In this document: positions 38,363 to 47,305 of the stretch, piece after piece
Layout of the letters: every line of letters begins with the position of its first letter
How positions within the stretch are numbered: position 1 is the first letter of the stretch
DNA from: Spirochaetales bacterium
Lineage (GTDB): Bacteria; Spirochaetota; Spirochaetia; JABEVK01
NCBI GenBank assembly: GCA_037142615.1
Contig: JBAXAI010000007.1
Location: 1-64,000, forward strand
Direction: 5' to 3'
DNA: 64,000 nucleotides
The notes under the pieces: model-generated
What the model saw: the letters and a program-made list of their open reading frames with translations, nothing else
The model's database searches: none
What the model was told of the DNA's origin: nothing
Position numbers and translations under genes: made by a program

Positions 38363-40488
38363 CAGGTCACCTCCTGGGCCGGCGACCACGCCTGCCACGC
38401 CTCGACGAAGAACGCCAGCCCGCGCCCGAGCTCACGGCCGGCCAGTGCATTCAACCACGGTGAGGCTGCCGCGACGCGTGCGGCGGGCCTTCCACCCTCG
38501 CGAACCAGCACGCGGCCTCGGGCCTCGTCTTCCAAGAAAGCCGAGTACGCAGGGTAAAACCGGTCCAGCACGCCGGTCAGGCGGGCCAGCGCGAGCACGA
38601 GCTCGTCGGCGGCCCAGTCTGGCAGGTTCCCGGCGACGAGCGGCTCAAGGAGGGCCGGCACCGACGACACCTGACCGCCGATTTCGACGGCGTAGGCGGC
38701 TGCCAGCGTCAAGCGCAAGTTGCCGCCCGCCCCGGTGCCGTGGCGCTTCAACTCGGCCTCGAAGCGTGGCAGCAGCTCGTGGTCGCCCAACCGCGCCAGG
38801 GCCACCAGCGCGGCGCCGGCCAACAAGTCGTCGTCGGAGTCGAGGCACGAGCGGAGCAACGACACCGCGTTGCGGTCACCCCGGAGGCCCAGGATACGCG
38901 CGGCCACCCACGCGGTGGTCAGGGGGCGTCGCTCCACTTCGCGTTCCAGGGCCAACAGAGTTTCGGGCGCCAACTGCTCAAGGTTTTCGAGTGCCAGCAG
39001 GGCTTCAAGCCGCACCTCGATGCGCGGCGAGGCCAGGTGCTCGACCAGCGCCGCCTGGCTGCGCACCACGCCGGTTTCGCCGATCTCGCGGATGAGCTTG
39101 ATTTCTTCGTCGGGGTCGTCCGAGCGGTCCAGCCGCGACAGCAGGTCGAAGGCCCTCAGGTCGCGCGCCGAGAACAGCGAGGCCAAGGACTCGCGAACTG
39201 TGGCCGCCCCCTGGCGCACCAAGCGCCCCAAGCCGGGGAGCGACACGAGCAGCAGCACGACGACCACGCCGTAGAACACCTGGTAGCTGAACCCCACCGC
39301 GAGTCCAGCGGCCTTCAGTCCGTCGAGGAGGAGACCTCCACTGGCGGCCCCGGCGGTACCGCCCACGGCGTACGCGACGAAGTAGACGATGGCCAGGTCG
39401 AGGGTACGCTCCTTGGGTACCAGCGCGAAGTGGTAGGTTTGCGCCGCGGCGTCGCTTCCGTTGAGGCCGAACGAGCTGACCAGAAAGATGCCGGCCAGCA
39501 GCGCTACGGGCGCCCAAGGCGCGGCAAACAACGGTGAGTGCGGCACCAGCAGAACCATTGGCAACAGGCCGGCCAGACCGATCACGGTGAAGATGATGTA
39601 CAGCGGTTTGGGCCCCAGTCGGTCCACGACACGCTTCTGCAACAGGCCCATGGCGACGTTTCCCAGGCCCGCGGTAAACGAAAACAGCATGACCAGGTCG
39701 TCGGTGAGACCCCAGGCGTCCTTGGCGTAAACCGGCAGGAACGCGCGCCCCATCGAGGCGACAAACGCCAGAAAGGTGTACACGACGAGAAACCGTCGGT
39801 ACGGCGACTCCTTCCAGGCCTCGGCAAGCACCCGGAACAGGCCTATCCCCGGCGGCGGGCGAAAGTCGTGCGGTTCGGGGAGCCGGAACATCCACCAGCA
39901 CCCCGCGGCGCCCAGGGCCACACCGGTGCCGAGCAGGACGGCGTAGAAGGCCAGGTTCTCGCTGAGGCGCAGAAGAACCACCAAGACCATGGTCGTCAGC
40001 AGGTTGGCGACGGCGGCCGTAACCGTCACGCCCGACAGGAACGAGCCCCGGTCGCGGCCCCCTTCGCTGCCCTCGGCCAGGTTGGCCAGGATGGGATTGG
40101 TGCCGATCATGCCCACGCCGCGGGCCGCGTTGAACCCAAGAAAACTCAGCAGGATGAAAGACAAACCGAGCTGAGCCTGCCCGGCGAGCGCCAGAAAAGG
40201 CGCGATCAGCACGGGGATAAAGGCAAGGTAGCGCAGGAGCCAGCCCCATGACGAAACGCCGACGATGCTGTACTTGCGCACGAGGCGCTTGCCGAGGGCC
40301 ATGAAGAAGTACGAGGCGTACCCCAGCGACGACAACAAACCGATGTAGAGGTTGCTGGCCCCCAGCTTGAGCGCGAGCAGCGTCAGCAGGTTGCCCGACA
40401 CGATGGCAAAGCTGATCGAGTTGAGCAGGTTGTAGGCGAAGTAGTCCCGGCGGGCGCGGGCCAGCAGGGGCGGCGTGAGCGCGGCCAA
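38362..40488 (-). CDS. MFS transporter fused to C-terminal HEAT-like repeats
   Basis: TTG start after GGAGG; about 12 hydrophobic segments; DRLGPK motif; C-terminal L.SP..EVR.EAL.AL and AARILG repeats. Confidence 0.82.
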   Translation of the reverse strand: MAALTPPLLARARRDYFAYNLLNSISFAIVSGNLLTLLALKLGASNLYIGLLSSLGYASYFFMALGKRLVRKYSIVGVSSWGWLLRYLAFIPVLIAPFLALAGQAQLGLSFILLSFLGFNAARGVGMIGTNPILANLAEGSEGGRDRGSFLSGVTVTAAVANLLTTMVLVVLLRLSENLAFYAVLLGTGVALGAAGCWWMFRLPEPHDFRPPPGIGLFRVLAEAWKESPYRRFLVVYTFLAFVASMGRAFLPVYAKDAWGLTDDLVMLFSFTAGLGNVAMGLLQKRVVDRLGPKPLYIIFTVIGLAGLLPMVLLVPHSPLFAAPWAPVALLAGIFLVSSFGLNGSDAAAQTYHFALVPKERTLDLAIVYFVAYAVGGTAGAASGGLLLDGLKAAGLAVGFSYQVFYGVVVVLLLVSLPGLGRLVRQGAATVRESLASLFSARDLRAFDLLSRLDRSDDPDEEIKLIREIGETGVVRSQAALVEHLASPRIEVRLEALLALENLEQLAPETLLALEREVERRPLTTAWVAARILGLRGDRNAVSLLRSCLDSDDDLLAGAALVALARLGDHELLPRFEAELKRHGTGAGGNLRLTLAAAYAVEIGGQVSSVPALLEPLVAGNLPDWAADELVLALARLTGVLDRFYPAYSAFLEDEARGRVLVREGGRPAARVAAASPWLNALAGRELGRGLAFFVEAWQAWSPAQEVT

Positions 40489-40490
40489 CC

Positions 40491-42428
40491 CTACACCTCC
40501 ACCTGATGGTCGGCGCCGACGGGCCACGAATCGCTGCGAAACGGTTCGGCCGGCAGACCGTCGGCGTTCTCAAGCGTGCACACCGGATCGTCTTCCCAGC
40601 CGTAGCGCACGGCGACCGGCCTCGCCACGCGAGGGCTCGCGACCCGTACCCGAGCGCCTTCGATCGACGCGGTGGCCTCGTGGAACACGCGGTCGGCCCC
40701 TGCCACGGCAAACCCCTGCACGTCGGCCGTTCGCGACCTCAGGCCTTGTGCCTGGTCGAGCGTCACAACGAGGGCCGAACCGGCGATCTCAAGACCCGAG
40801 AACGACGGGCCGCGGTAGGCCACGTTCTGGCCGTAGACCGTGGCGAGCGCCGCCCGGGCAAGACGTTGGCCGACGGCCTCCTTGTTCTTGGGGTGGATGT
40901 CGAGGCTCTCGCCCACGTCGAGGGCCACGGCCATCGCGGTGGCCGGCAGCGTGCGGGCACGGCTCTGCGCCTCGCGGATTTCGGCCCAGCGGCTGTCGTC
41001 GGCCACGCGCTGCGGGCGTCCCCGCTGGTAGTTGGCCAGCTGGACGAACAAGAAAGGCAGCTGCTGCCCCCACACCCGCCGCCAGTCGCGGATCAGCAGC
41101 GGAAACAGGGTGTAGTAACGGGCCGTGTCGCCGTCGTTGGACTCGCCCTGGTACCAAATCACCCCGCGCAGCGCCATGGGCACCAGCGGCGCGATCATCT
41201 GGTTGTAGAGCATCGACGGAATGTTGGGGCCGATGGGTGGCGCCGGCTCACCGGGACCCCGGACGCGGCCGAAGTCCTGCTCGATGGCGAAGCGCCATGG
41301 CCCCGTGAGCGCGAGCCCGGGCTCGTCGGAGCCCCACGGCCGCACGAACATTGCCTTGGCAGGACCACCGGTTCCGCCCCCGGTGTACTGGCTCATGATG
41401 CGCAGCGCCACCACCAGCCGCCCCGTGGCCAACGGGCCGGCCACCCGGTACACCCGGGGCGCCTTCCACGAATCGGGGTTCTCGGCCCAGGTCATGCCGC
41501 CCACGCGCGCACCGTTCACGTAGGTGTCGTCGTTCTTGTCGAGGGCCCCCAGGCTGAGCTCGAGGTCGCGGCCCTGCCACGCGGCGGGCAGCGTCACCTC
41601 GCGCCGGAACCAAAACACGCCGTTGGTCTCGTAGCCTGCGTCGAACCAGATGCGCGGGAGCTCCATGGACTTCCAGGCGGAGTCGTCGAACGCGGCGTCG
41701 GCCCAACCTTCGGCCAGGCCCCGGTTGCCCGCGTCCTGGGGAAGGGCGGCAAGGAACCGTTTGCGGGCGGCCTGGTAGTCAGCCTCGGCACGCTCGGGAA
41801 TCTGCTCCAAAAACGCCGCAAGTTCACGGCTGTCGGCCTCGGCACCGGCTTCGGAGGCCAGGCCCTCGCCGCTTGTCCAGGCCTGCGCCGTGGTACCGCC
41901 CCACGAGCTGACCACCAGCCCGAGCGGCACCCCCAGTTCGCGGTGCAACCGCCGGCCAAAGTGGTAGGCCACCGCCGAGAAGGCCGGGGCATTGCGGGGC
42001 GTGCCTACCTGCCAGCTTCCTTCGACTTCGGCGGCAAGGCCACGCCCTGTCTTTTGGGCGACCGTGAACAGCCGGAGCGACGGGAGGTCTGCCGCGCGCG
42101 CATGGGCCTCGGCGTCGAGCGACTTTTCGAGCGTCCAGTCCATGTTCGACTGCCCCGAGCACAACCACACCTCGCCGACGAGCACCTTCGACGCTGCTTC
42201 TCCCGCGCCTGGGGCCTTTCCCTCGGCGCGAAGCTCGTAGGGGCCCCCGGCGGCCAGAGGTTCGAAGGTTACCGACCAGCGTCCATCGGCCGCGGCGACC
42301 GTTTCGAGGCGTTGGCCGGCAAGCGTCACACGCACGGCGTCTTCGGGGGCGGACCAGCCCCACACCGGCACGGGCCGGTCGCGCTGCAGCACGGCATTGT
42401 CAGAAAAGATGGTCGCCAGACGAATCAT
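40491..42428 (-). CDS. Sialate O-acetylesterase (SASA) family carbohydrate esterase
   Basis: FSDNAVLQR, GQSNM, WGGT, WYQGESN, VQL, DIHP.NK. Confidence 0.93.
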   Translation of the reverse strand: MIRLATIFSDNAVLQRDRPVPVWGWSAPEDAVRVTLAGQRLETVAAADGRWSVTFEPLAAGGPYELRAEGKAPGAGEAASKVLVGEVWLCSGQSNMDWTLEKSLDAEAHARAADLPSLRLFTVAQKTGRGLAAEVEGSWQVGTPRNAPAFSAVAYHFGRRLHRELGVPLGLVVSSWGGTTAQAWTSGEGLASEAGAEADSRELAAFLEQIPERAEADYQAARKRFLAALPQDAGNRGLAEGWADAAFDDSAWKSMELPRIWFDAGYETNGVFWFRREVTLPAAWQGRDLELSLGALDKNDDTYVNGARVGGMTWAENPDSWKAPRVYRVAGPLATGRLVVALRIMSQYTGGGTGGPAKAMFVRPWGSDEPGLALTGPWRFAIEQDFGRVRGPGEPAPPIGPNIPSMLYNQMIAPLVPMALRGVIWYQGESNDGDTARYYTLFPLLIRDWRRVWGQQLPFLFVQLANYQRGRPQRVADDSRWAEIREAQSRARTLPATAMAVALDVGESLDIHPKNKEAVGQRLARAALATVYGQNVAYRGPSFSGLEIAGSALVVTLDQAQGLRSRTADVQGFAVAGADRVFHEATASIEGARVRVASPRVARPVAVRYGWEDDPVCTLENADGLPAEPFRSDSWPVGADHQVEV

Positions 42429-42481
42429 CGAGGGCAGTCTCCTGTGACGATTATCATAGGCATCATTGCGGGAATCTGGCA

Positions 42482-42577
42482 ATAGATAACGTCATCTATG
42501 CCGAAAATTCGTCAAAGTTTGCGAATCTTGTTCTAGATAACGCTCTAGAAAACAAAGTTCTGAAAAAAACGTTTCCA
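42482..42577. promoter_or_regulatory. Cluster of LacI-type palindromes in an AT-rich divergent promoter
   Basis: ATAGATAACGTCATCTAT (42482-99), TTCTAGATAACGCTCTAGAA (42531-50), TGAAAAAAACGTTTCCA (42561-77); all have a central AACG. Confidence 0.6.
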
Positions 42578-42627
42578 CCGGGGATTTCGCTTCTTCCCAA
42601 AAGAAAAGTTTCGTCCCATGCTGGGCT

Positions 42628-43392
42628 ATGCGTAAGGAAACCTGCGGTCTGATGACCGTCATTCGGGGTCAATCCACCCCCGACATGGCCCGCTTGGCGG
42701 CCGAAGCTTTTGCCCGTTCGGTGAGCGAACTTCTCGTGGACCACGACTCGCTGCCCGTCGTCTTTTCGGGCGCCCAGTCCCAAATGGAGTTTCATGCGGC
42801 CCTGCGCCAGCGCTCCGATATTCCCTGGAACCGCCTCGACGCCTTCGCGGTCGACGAATTCTATGCGCCGGGAATCCCGAGGCACTTGCGGGTGTGTGCG
42901 CAGCCGGAGCGCGACCTGTACTCCCAGCTCCCCTTCCGGAGCGTCAACGTGCTCGAGGCCGACCCGCCCGACCTCGAGGCCGAGCGTCGGCGGTACGAAG
43001 CCCTCATCCGCGCGAACCCACCCCGCCTGGCCTGCCTGGGCATCGGTCTTTCGGGCCACCTTGCGCTCAACGAGCCTGGCGCTGACCCGCACGACCGGCA
43101 AGCCGTCCGGCTGGTCGAGGTGTGCGAGGCCAGCAAGCGGCAACTCGAGCAGGACCCGAACTTCGCCGCGTTGGGCAGCATTCCCAGCCAGGGCCTCACC
43201 CTCACGCTTCCGGTGCTCCTCGCGGCGAAGACCCTGCTGGTCGTGGTGCCGTACGCGCTCAAGCGTCCTGTTGTCGAGCAGCTGTTCGCTACCGAGGTCA
43301 CGCCCGAGCTTCCCGCCACGCTGCTGCGAACCCACCCCGACGCGACGCTGTTCCTCGACCCGGACTCGGCCCCCTTGGGGAGTCCGCTATGA
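42628..43392 (+). CDS. Glucosamine-6-phosphate deaminase / 6-phosphogluconolactonase family protein
   Basis: VDEF, GIG.SGHLALNEP, S.RQ, TLTLP, PAT.LR.HP. Start codon uncertain (42628 or 42652). Confidence 0.85.
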   Translation: MRKETCGLMTVIRGQSTPDMARLAAEAFARSVSELLVDHDSLPVVFSGAQSQMEFHAALRQRSDIPWNRLDAFAVDEFYAPGIPRHLRVCAQPERDLYSQLPFRSVNVLEADPPDLEAERRRYEALIRANPPRLACLGIGLSGHLALNEPGADPHDRQAVRLVEVCEASKRQLEQDPNFAALGSIPSQGLTLTLPVLLAAKTLLVVVPYALKRPVVEQLFATEVTPELPATLLRTHPDATLFLDPDSAPLGSPL

Positions 43393-45521
43393 GCGCCTCA
43401 CTGCTCTTTGTCTCGGCGCATCGCAAGGCGCGCGCCTGCGACCTCGCCGTCTTGGCCCAGGAGCTGGGCTTCGAGGTCCGCCATGCCGCCTGGGACGAGT
43501 TTCTGACGGGTGACCCGGCCGCGGGGGCGCAGGGAATCGTTCTGCTGGCGTCGTCGTTCCCGTTGCCGACGCTGCCTCCTCACCCGGTTCTGAGGGCTGT
43601 CCGTCGGCGGCTTTCGCAGGGTGTTCGGGGCTTTGTCGAGGCCTCGGTGGTCTTCTCGCGGCCCGATGGAGTGCGCATGACCCCGCTCGACAACCAGAGG
43701 CTCGTTGTGACGGCTCCAGGGCCGCTTTCCCAGGGGCTGGCGACCGGGAGCCTTCTCGACCCGCACCAGACGCTGGTTTGCAGCGCGCCCTTGCCCGCCT
43801 CGACAACGGTGGCGCCCGCCTGGGGCGAAGGCATGGAACGCGCCGACGACAATGGGCTGACGACCGAGGCCGCCTTCGGGCTGGGGGTGCTGGTCGGTAC
43901 CCACGCCGTGCTCGATCCGGCCGACCCCGCGCTGGCAGGGGCAACACCGGTCGTCGGTCTGGTGCGCGAGGGCACGCGCCACTGGGCGGTCTCGCGGCTG
44001 AGACTCTCGCAGTTCCAGGCCGATTTGTACGCCCCCGCCAACCGCTGGCAGACCCTGGCGGTCAACCTGCTGCGTTGGGTCGCGCAACAAGAAGTGGCGC
44101 CCGGAGCACACCCCGCGGGCGAACCTGCCCCGACCCAGACCGTGCGCCTTCCCCGCCGAGGGTGGGCAAATCCAACGGCTTGGAACGGATTGTCCCCCCG
44201 ACGCCCTTCGGAGGTCTCGGCCAGGCGGGCGGTTCGTCGCGTCGGCCAATGGTTTCGAGACTCGGGCATCCTGCCCGCCGCCGACGGCAGCCAAGGCGTC
44301 GCCGAACGCTTCATGACCGACGTGCACCCCGGCGGCCACCGCGCTCTCGACTGGGCTGTCCGCACGGATTGCACCATGCACACCGTTCTTCTGTTCGACA
44401 GGCTGGCCCGAATCGGCGAGCTCGTTCCCGGTCTCGAACCTCGGCTGGGAACCAACCTCGTGACCTTCCTGCTTGAGCAGGGCTACCAAGACACCAACGT
44501 CGGCCGCGCCACCGAGGGCTTCTGGCAGTGGGGCCGAGGTCAAGGCGGGCGCGCCTACGACGCCGCAGAGTTTCCCGAAGACATCTACGCCAACGATCAG
44601 GCCTGGGTTCTGCTCACGCTGTGCTCGGTCGCGGCCACCGCTCAGATCCCCGGCCTGGAACGGCGCCTCGAGCGAACGGCGCGGGCCCTGCTCGAAACCC
44701 AGGGCAGCGACGGCCTGCGGGAGCGCTGCCTGCGCGGCAGCGAGCTCAACCGGGTGGGCCGAAAGGCCTACCACGAGCAGCCGGGAGCCACGCCCAGCGG
44801 CCACTTCGACGGGATGGCCCTCGCCGCGCTTTTGGCCTACGGGCTGCGCAGCGGCGACGAGGCCTACCTGGCCGTGGCCAAGAAGGGCCTCGAGGCGCTG
44901 GCGGCGGCCCTTTTGTCGGGGCACCGGCCCGAACTTCCGCTCAGCCTGACCTCCGACACGGCCTACTGCCTTCCCGGCCTTTCGTTGGCGGTGATGCACC
45001 TCGACAGCCCCCTTTGCCGCAGGGCCCTCACGCGCCTTACGAACGATCTGCTGAAGGCCCAGCATCCGTGCGGGGCTTTCCTCGAGCGCGGCAACCCTGT
45101 CGAGGACCTTGCCCGGCGTTCCGGCGACGTCGGAGTCTTCACCAGCGACGCCGACCAGATCGCCGACCTGCTCTACACCCAACCGCCGCTGGCACTCTAC
45201 CTTCCCTTGGCAGCCCAAGCTCTGGACTCGTCGCGTCTCAAGCGCTCGGCAGGGCGTCTGCTGGCGTTCCTGGCACAGGTGCAGCTGCGGTCCTCACGCA
45301 AGGAACTCGACGGGGCCTGGATGCGGGCGTTCTCGATCGCGGAGTGGGACTACTTCGGGTACAACGCCGACTTCAAGTGGGGGCCCACAGTCACCGAGTC
45401 GGGCTGGACCGTCGCCCTTTTGGGAACGGCGTTCTGCCAGGATCTGCTGGGTACGCCGTTCCTGGGCGACCTTAGCCGGGCAAGTCCTCCGACTCGATCG
45501 TCGACAGCAACTCCGCGCTGA
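43389..45521 (+). CDS. Hypothetical protein, possible helical-barrel carbohydrate-active enzyme
   Basis: 710-aa ORF coupled by ATGA overlap; RTDC, YANDQ, DLLYT, DGAWMRAF, WGP...ESGW. No family recognised with confidence. Confidence 0.7.
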   Translation: MSASLLFVSAHRKARACDLAVLAQELGFEVRHAAWDEFLTGDPAAGAQGIVLLASSFPLPTLPPHPVLRAVRRRLSQGVRGFVEASVVFSRPDGVRMTPLDNQRLVVTAPGPLSQGLATGSLLDPHQTLVCSAPLPASTTVAPAWGEGMERADDNGLTTEAAFGLGVLVGTHAVLDPADPALAGATPVVGLVREGTRHWAVSRLRLSQFQADLYAPANRWQTLAVNLLRWVAQQEVAPGAHPAGEPAPTQTVRLPRRGWANPTAWNGLSPRRPSEVSARRAVRRVGQWFRDSGILPAADGSQGVAERFMTDVHPGGHRALDWAVRTDCTMHTVLLFDRLARIGELVPGLEPRLGTNLVTFLLEQGYQDTNVGRATEGFWQWGRGQGGRAYDAAEFPEDIYANDQAWVLLTLCSVAATAQIPGLERRLERTARALLETQGSDGLRERCLRGSELNRVGRKAYHEQPGATPSGHFDGMALAALLAYGLRSGDEAYLAVAKKGLEALAAALLSGHRPELPLSLTSDTAYCLPGLSLAVMHLDSPLCRRALTRLTNDLLKAQHPCGAFLERGNPVEDLARRSGDVGVFTSDADQIADLLYTQPPLALYLPLAAQALDSSRLKRSAGRLLAFLAQVQLRSSRKELDGAWMRAFSIAEWDYFGYNADFKWGPTVTESGWTVALLGTAFCQDLLGTPFLGDLSRASPPTRSSTATPR

Positions 45522-47214
45522 GTTCGGCCAGGGGAGCAAGCCGGTTGGCCTGCTTCTCGAGGGTCTGCTCAAAGAGGTTGCGGACCAGACGGCCGTTGCC
45601 GAAGTGGGTGTCGCGGTTCTGGTAGACGGCCGTCAGGTACACCCGCAGCCGCCCGAGCGCTGAGTCCGTTAGCGTCATGCCCGTCTCGCCGGTGAAGCGC
45701 AGAAAGATCTGTTCGAGCTCGGCAGGCGTGAAGTCGTCGAAGGCGAAGCGTCGGCCAAAGCGGCTGGCCAAGCCGGGGTTGGAGTCGAGGAAGCGCAGCA
45801 TGTCTTCGGGGTAGCCGGCGACCACCACCACCAGGCGGTCGCGGTAGTCTTCCATGCGCTTGAGCAGGGTGTCGACGGCCTCGCTGCCGAAGTCGTTGCC
45901 GCCGTCCTCGGGGATGAGCGCGTAGGCCTCATCGATGAACAGCACGCCGTCGAGGGCGCGCGACACGGCCTCGTCGACCTTGCCGGCCGTCTGGCCCACG
46001 TACCCCGCCACAAGGCTGGCCCTGTCGGTTTCGACCAGATGACCCTTCTTCAGAAAGCCTTGTGCCGCAAAGATTTCCCCGAGCAGACGCGCCACGGTGG
46101 TCTTGCCGGTTCCGGGGCCGCCGGTGAACACGGCGTGCAGGCTGATGCGGGGCACCTTCATGCCCAACTCCTCGCGGCGCTCGTGAATGCGCATCAGGTT
46201 CGAAAGGCTTTTCACCTGATCCTTGATGGGCGCCATGCCGGTGAGGGCCTCGAGTTTGGCCAACGCGGCCTTGAGAGCCGCCTCGCCACTGGCGATGCCC
46301 TCAGACGCGGTCGCGGTGGCCGGTACGCTGGTCGCCCCCGTCGCTGGCACCGCCTCGGGTTCGAGGATGCGGCGGTTGAGGCCTTTGAGGAACTCGGTGG
46401 CGTCGGCCCCGACAAACACGTCGGCCCACTGCAAAAAGGCCTCGGCGGCGCGGACGAAACGCAGGCTGCCGGCGCTTTTGTCGGCGGCTTTCAGCGAAGC
46501 CAGGCCGTGGCCCCAACTCCGGGTCCGCAGGCCCGCCAAATGACTCTCGAGTGGCGCCATCCAACCCTCGAGGGCCTGGCGCTCGTCGGCGGTGAGCACC
46601 TCGTCGCGGTAAAAAGGCTTCATTCCGTCGGGGCCCGGCCCGGCACCCGTGAGGAACGGCAGAAGCGTAAGGGCCGCCTGGGCGCGACGGTCGGGTGTGG
46701 TCAGTCCCAGCTGGTCGGCACAGGTCGAAGCCAGCCCCCAGAGGTCGGCCTGCAGGGTTTCGAACTCCGCCACGACGATCTCGACCAGCTGGCGGCTCAC
46801 GGCCACGACCGGAAACGGACCGGCCCCGCGCACCTTGGTGCGGATGGGAGGGACCGCGTTGGAGGGTACCGGTTCCGGTGCGGTCACGGCGTTCAAGAGC
46901 CAGGTCTTGCCTTCGCCGGCCCAAGTACAACCGGGGGCCAACGGCAGCGCGGGCACCGAGCTCAGGCTGCGCAGCGACCAGACCCGGAGGGGGCCGGGAG
47001 CCGGGGCCACGAAGCACAGGTTGCCCTCCACCTGGACCAGCAAGCCGCTCTCCGACCAGACGGGGCTTCCCAGGCCGCCCCAGCAGGCCGAGTCGAGCGT
47101 GGCGCCGTCGGGGATGGCCAATTGCTCCAAGCGTGCCAACACGGCTTCGCGGCGGTCACCGCCCCAGCGGGGGTCGAGTGCGGCCAGTTTCTTCTTCCAG
47201 AGGTCGAGCTTCAT
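45472..47214 (-). CDS. AAA+ ATPase, CbxX/CfxQ/SpoVK family, with uncharacterised N-terminal domain
   Basis: GGPGTGKTTVAR, LVAGYVGQTA, LFIDEAY, AGY, NPGLASRF, GNGR..RN. Confidence 0.92.
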   Translation of the reverse strand: MKLDLWKKKLAALDPRWGGDRREAVLARLEQLAIPDGATLDSACWGGLGSPVWSESGLLVQVEGNLCFVAPAPGPLRVWSLRSLSSVPALPLAPGCTWAGEGKTWLLNAVTAPEPVPSNAVPPIRTKVRGAGPFPVVAVSRQLVEIVVAEFETLQADLWGLASTCADQLGLTTPDRRAQAALTLLPFLTGAGPGPDGMKPFYRDEVLTADERQALEGWMAPLESHLAGLRTRSWGHGLASLKAADKSAGSLRFVRAAEAFLQWADVFVGADATEFLKGLNRRILEPEAVPATGATSVPATATASEGIASGEAALKAALAKLEALTGMAPIKDQVKSLSNLMRIHERREELGMKVPRISLHAVFTGGPGTGKTTVARLLGEIFAAQGFLKKGHLVETDRASLVAGYVGQTAGKVDEAVSRALDGVLFIDEAYALIPEDGGNDFGSEAVDTLLKRMEDYRDRLVVVVAGYPEDMLRFLDSNPGLASRFGRRFAFDDFTPAELEQIFLRFTGETGMTLTDSALGRLRVYLTAVYQNRDTHFGNGRLVRNLFEQTLEKQANRLAPLAELSAELLSTIESEDLPG

Positions 47215-47305
47215 TCCCGAAGAATAGCCGGGCGGGCCTCAAGGGACTAGAGGTCGGTCGATGGGCCACGCAACCTGTGCTAGAATCGGCGCAGGAGTAC
47301 TTTCC

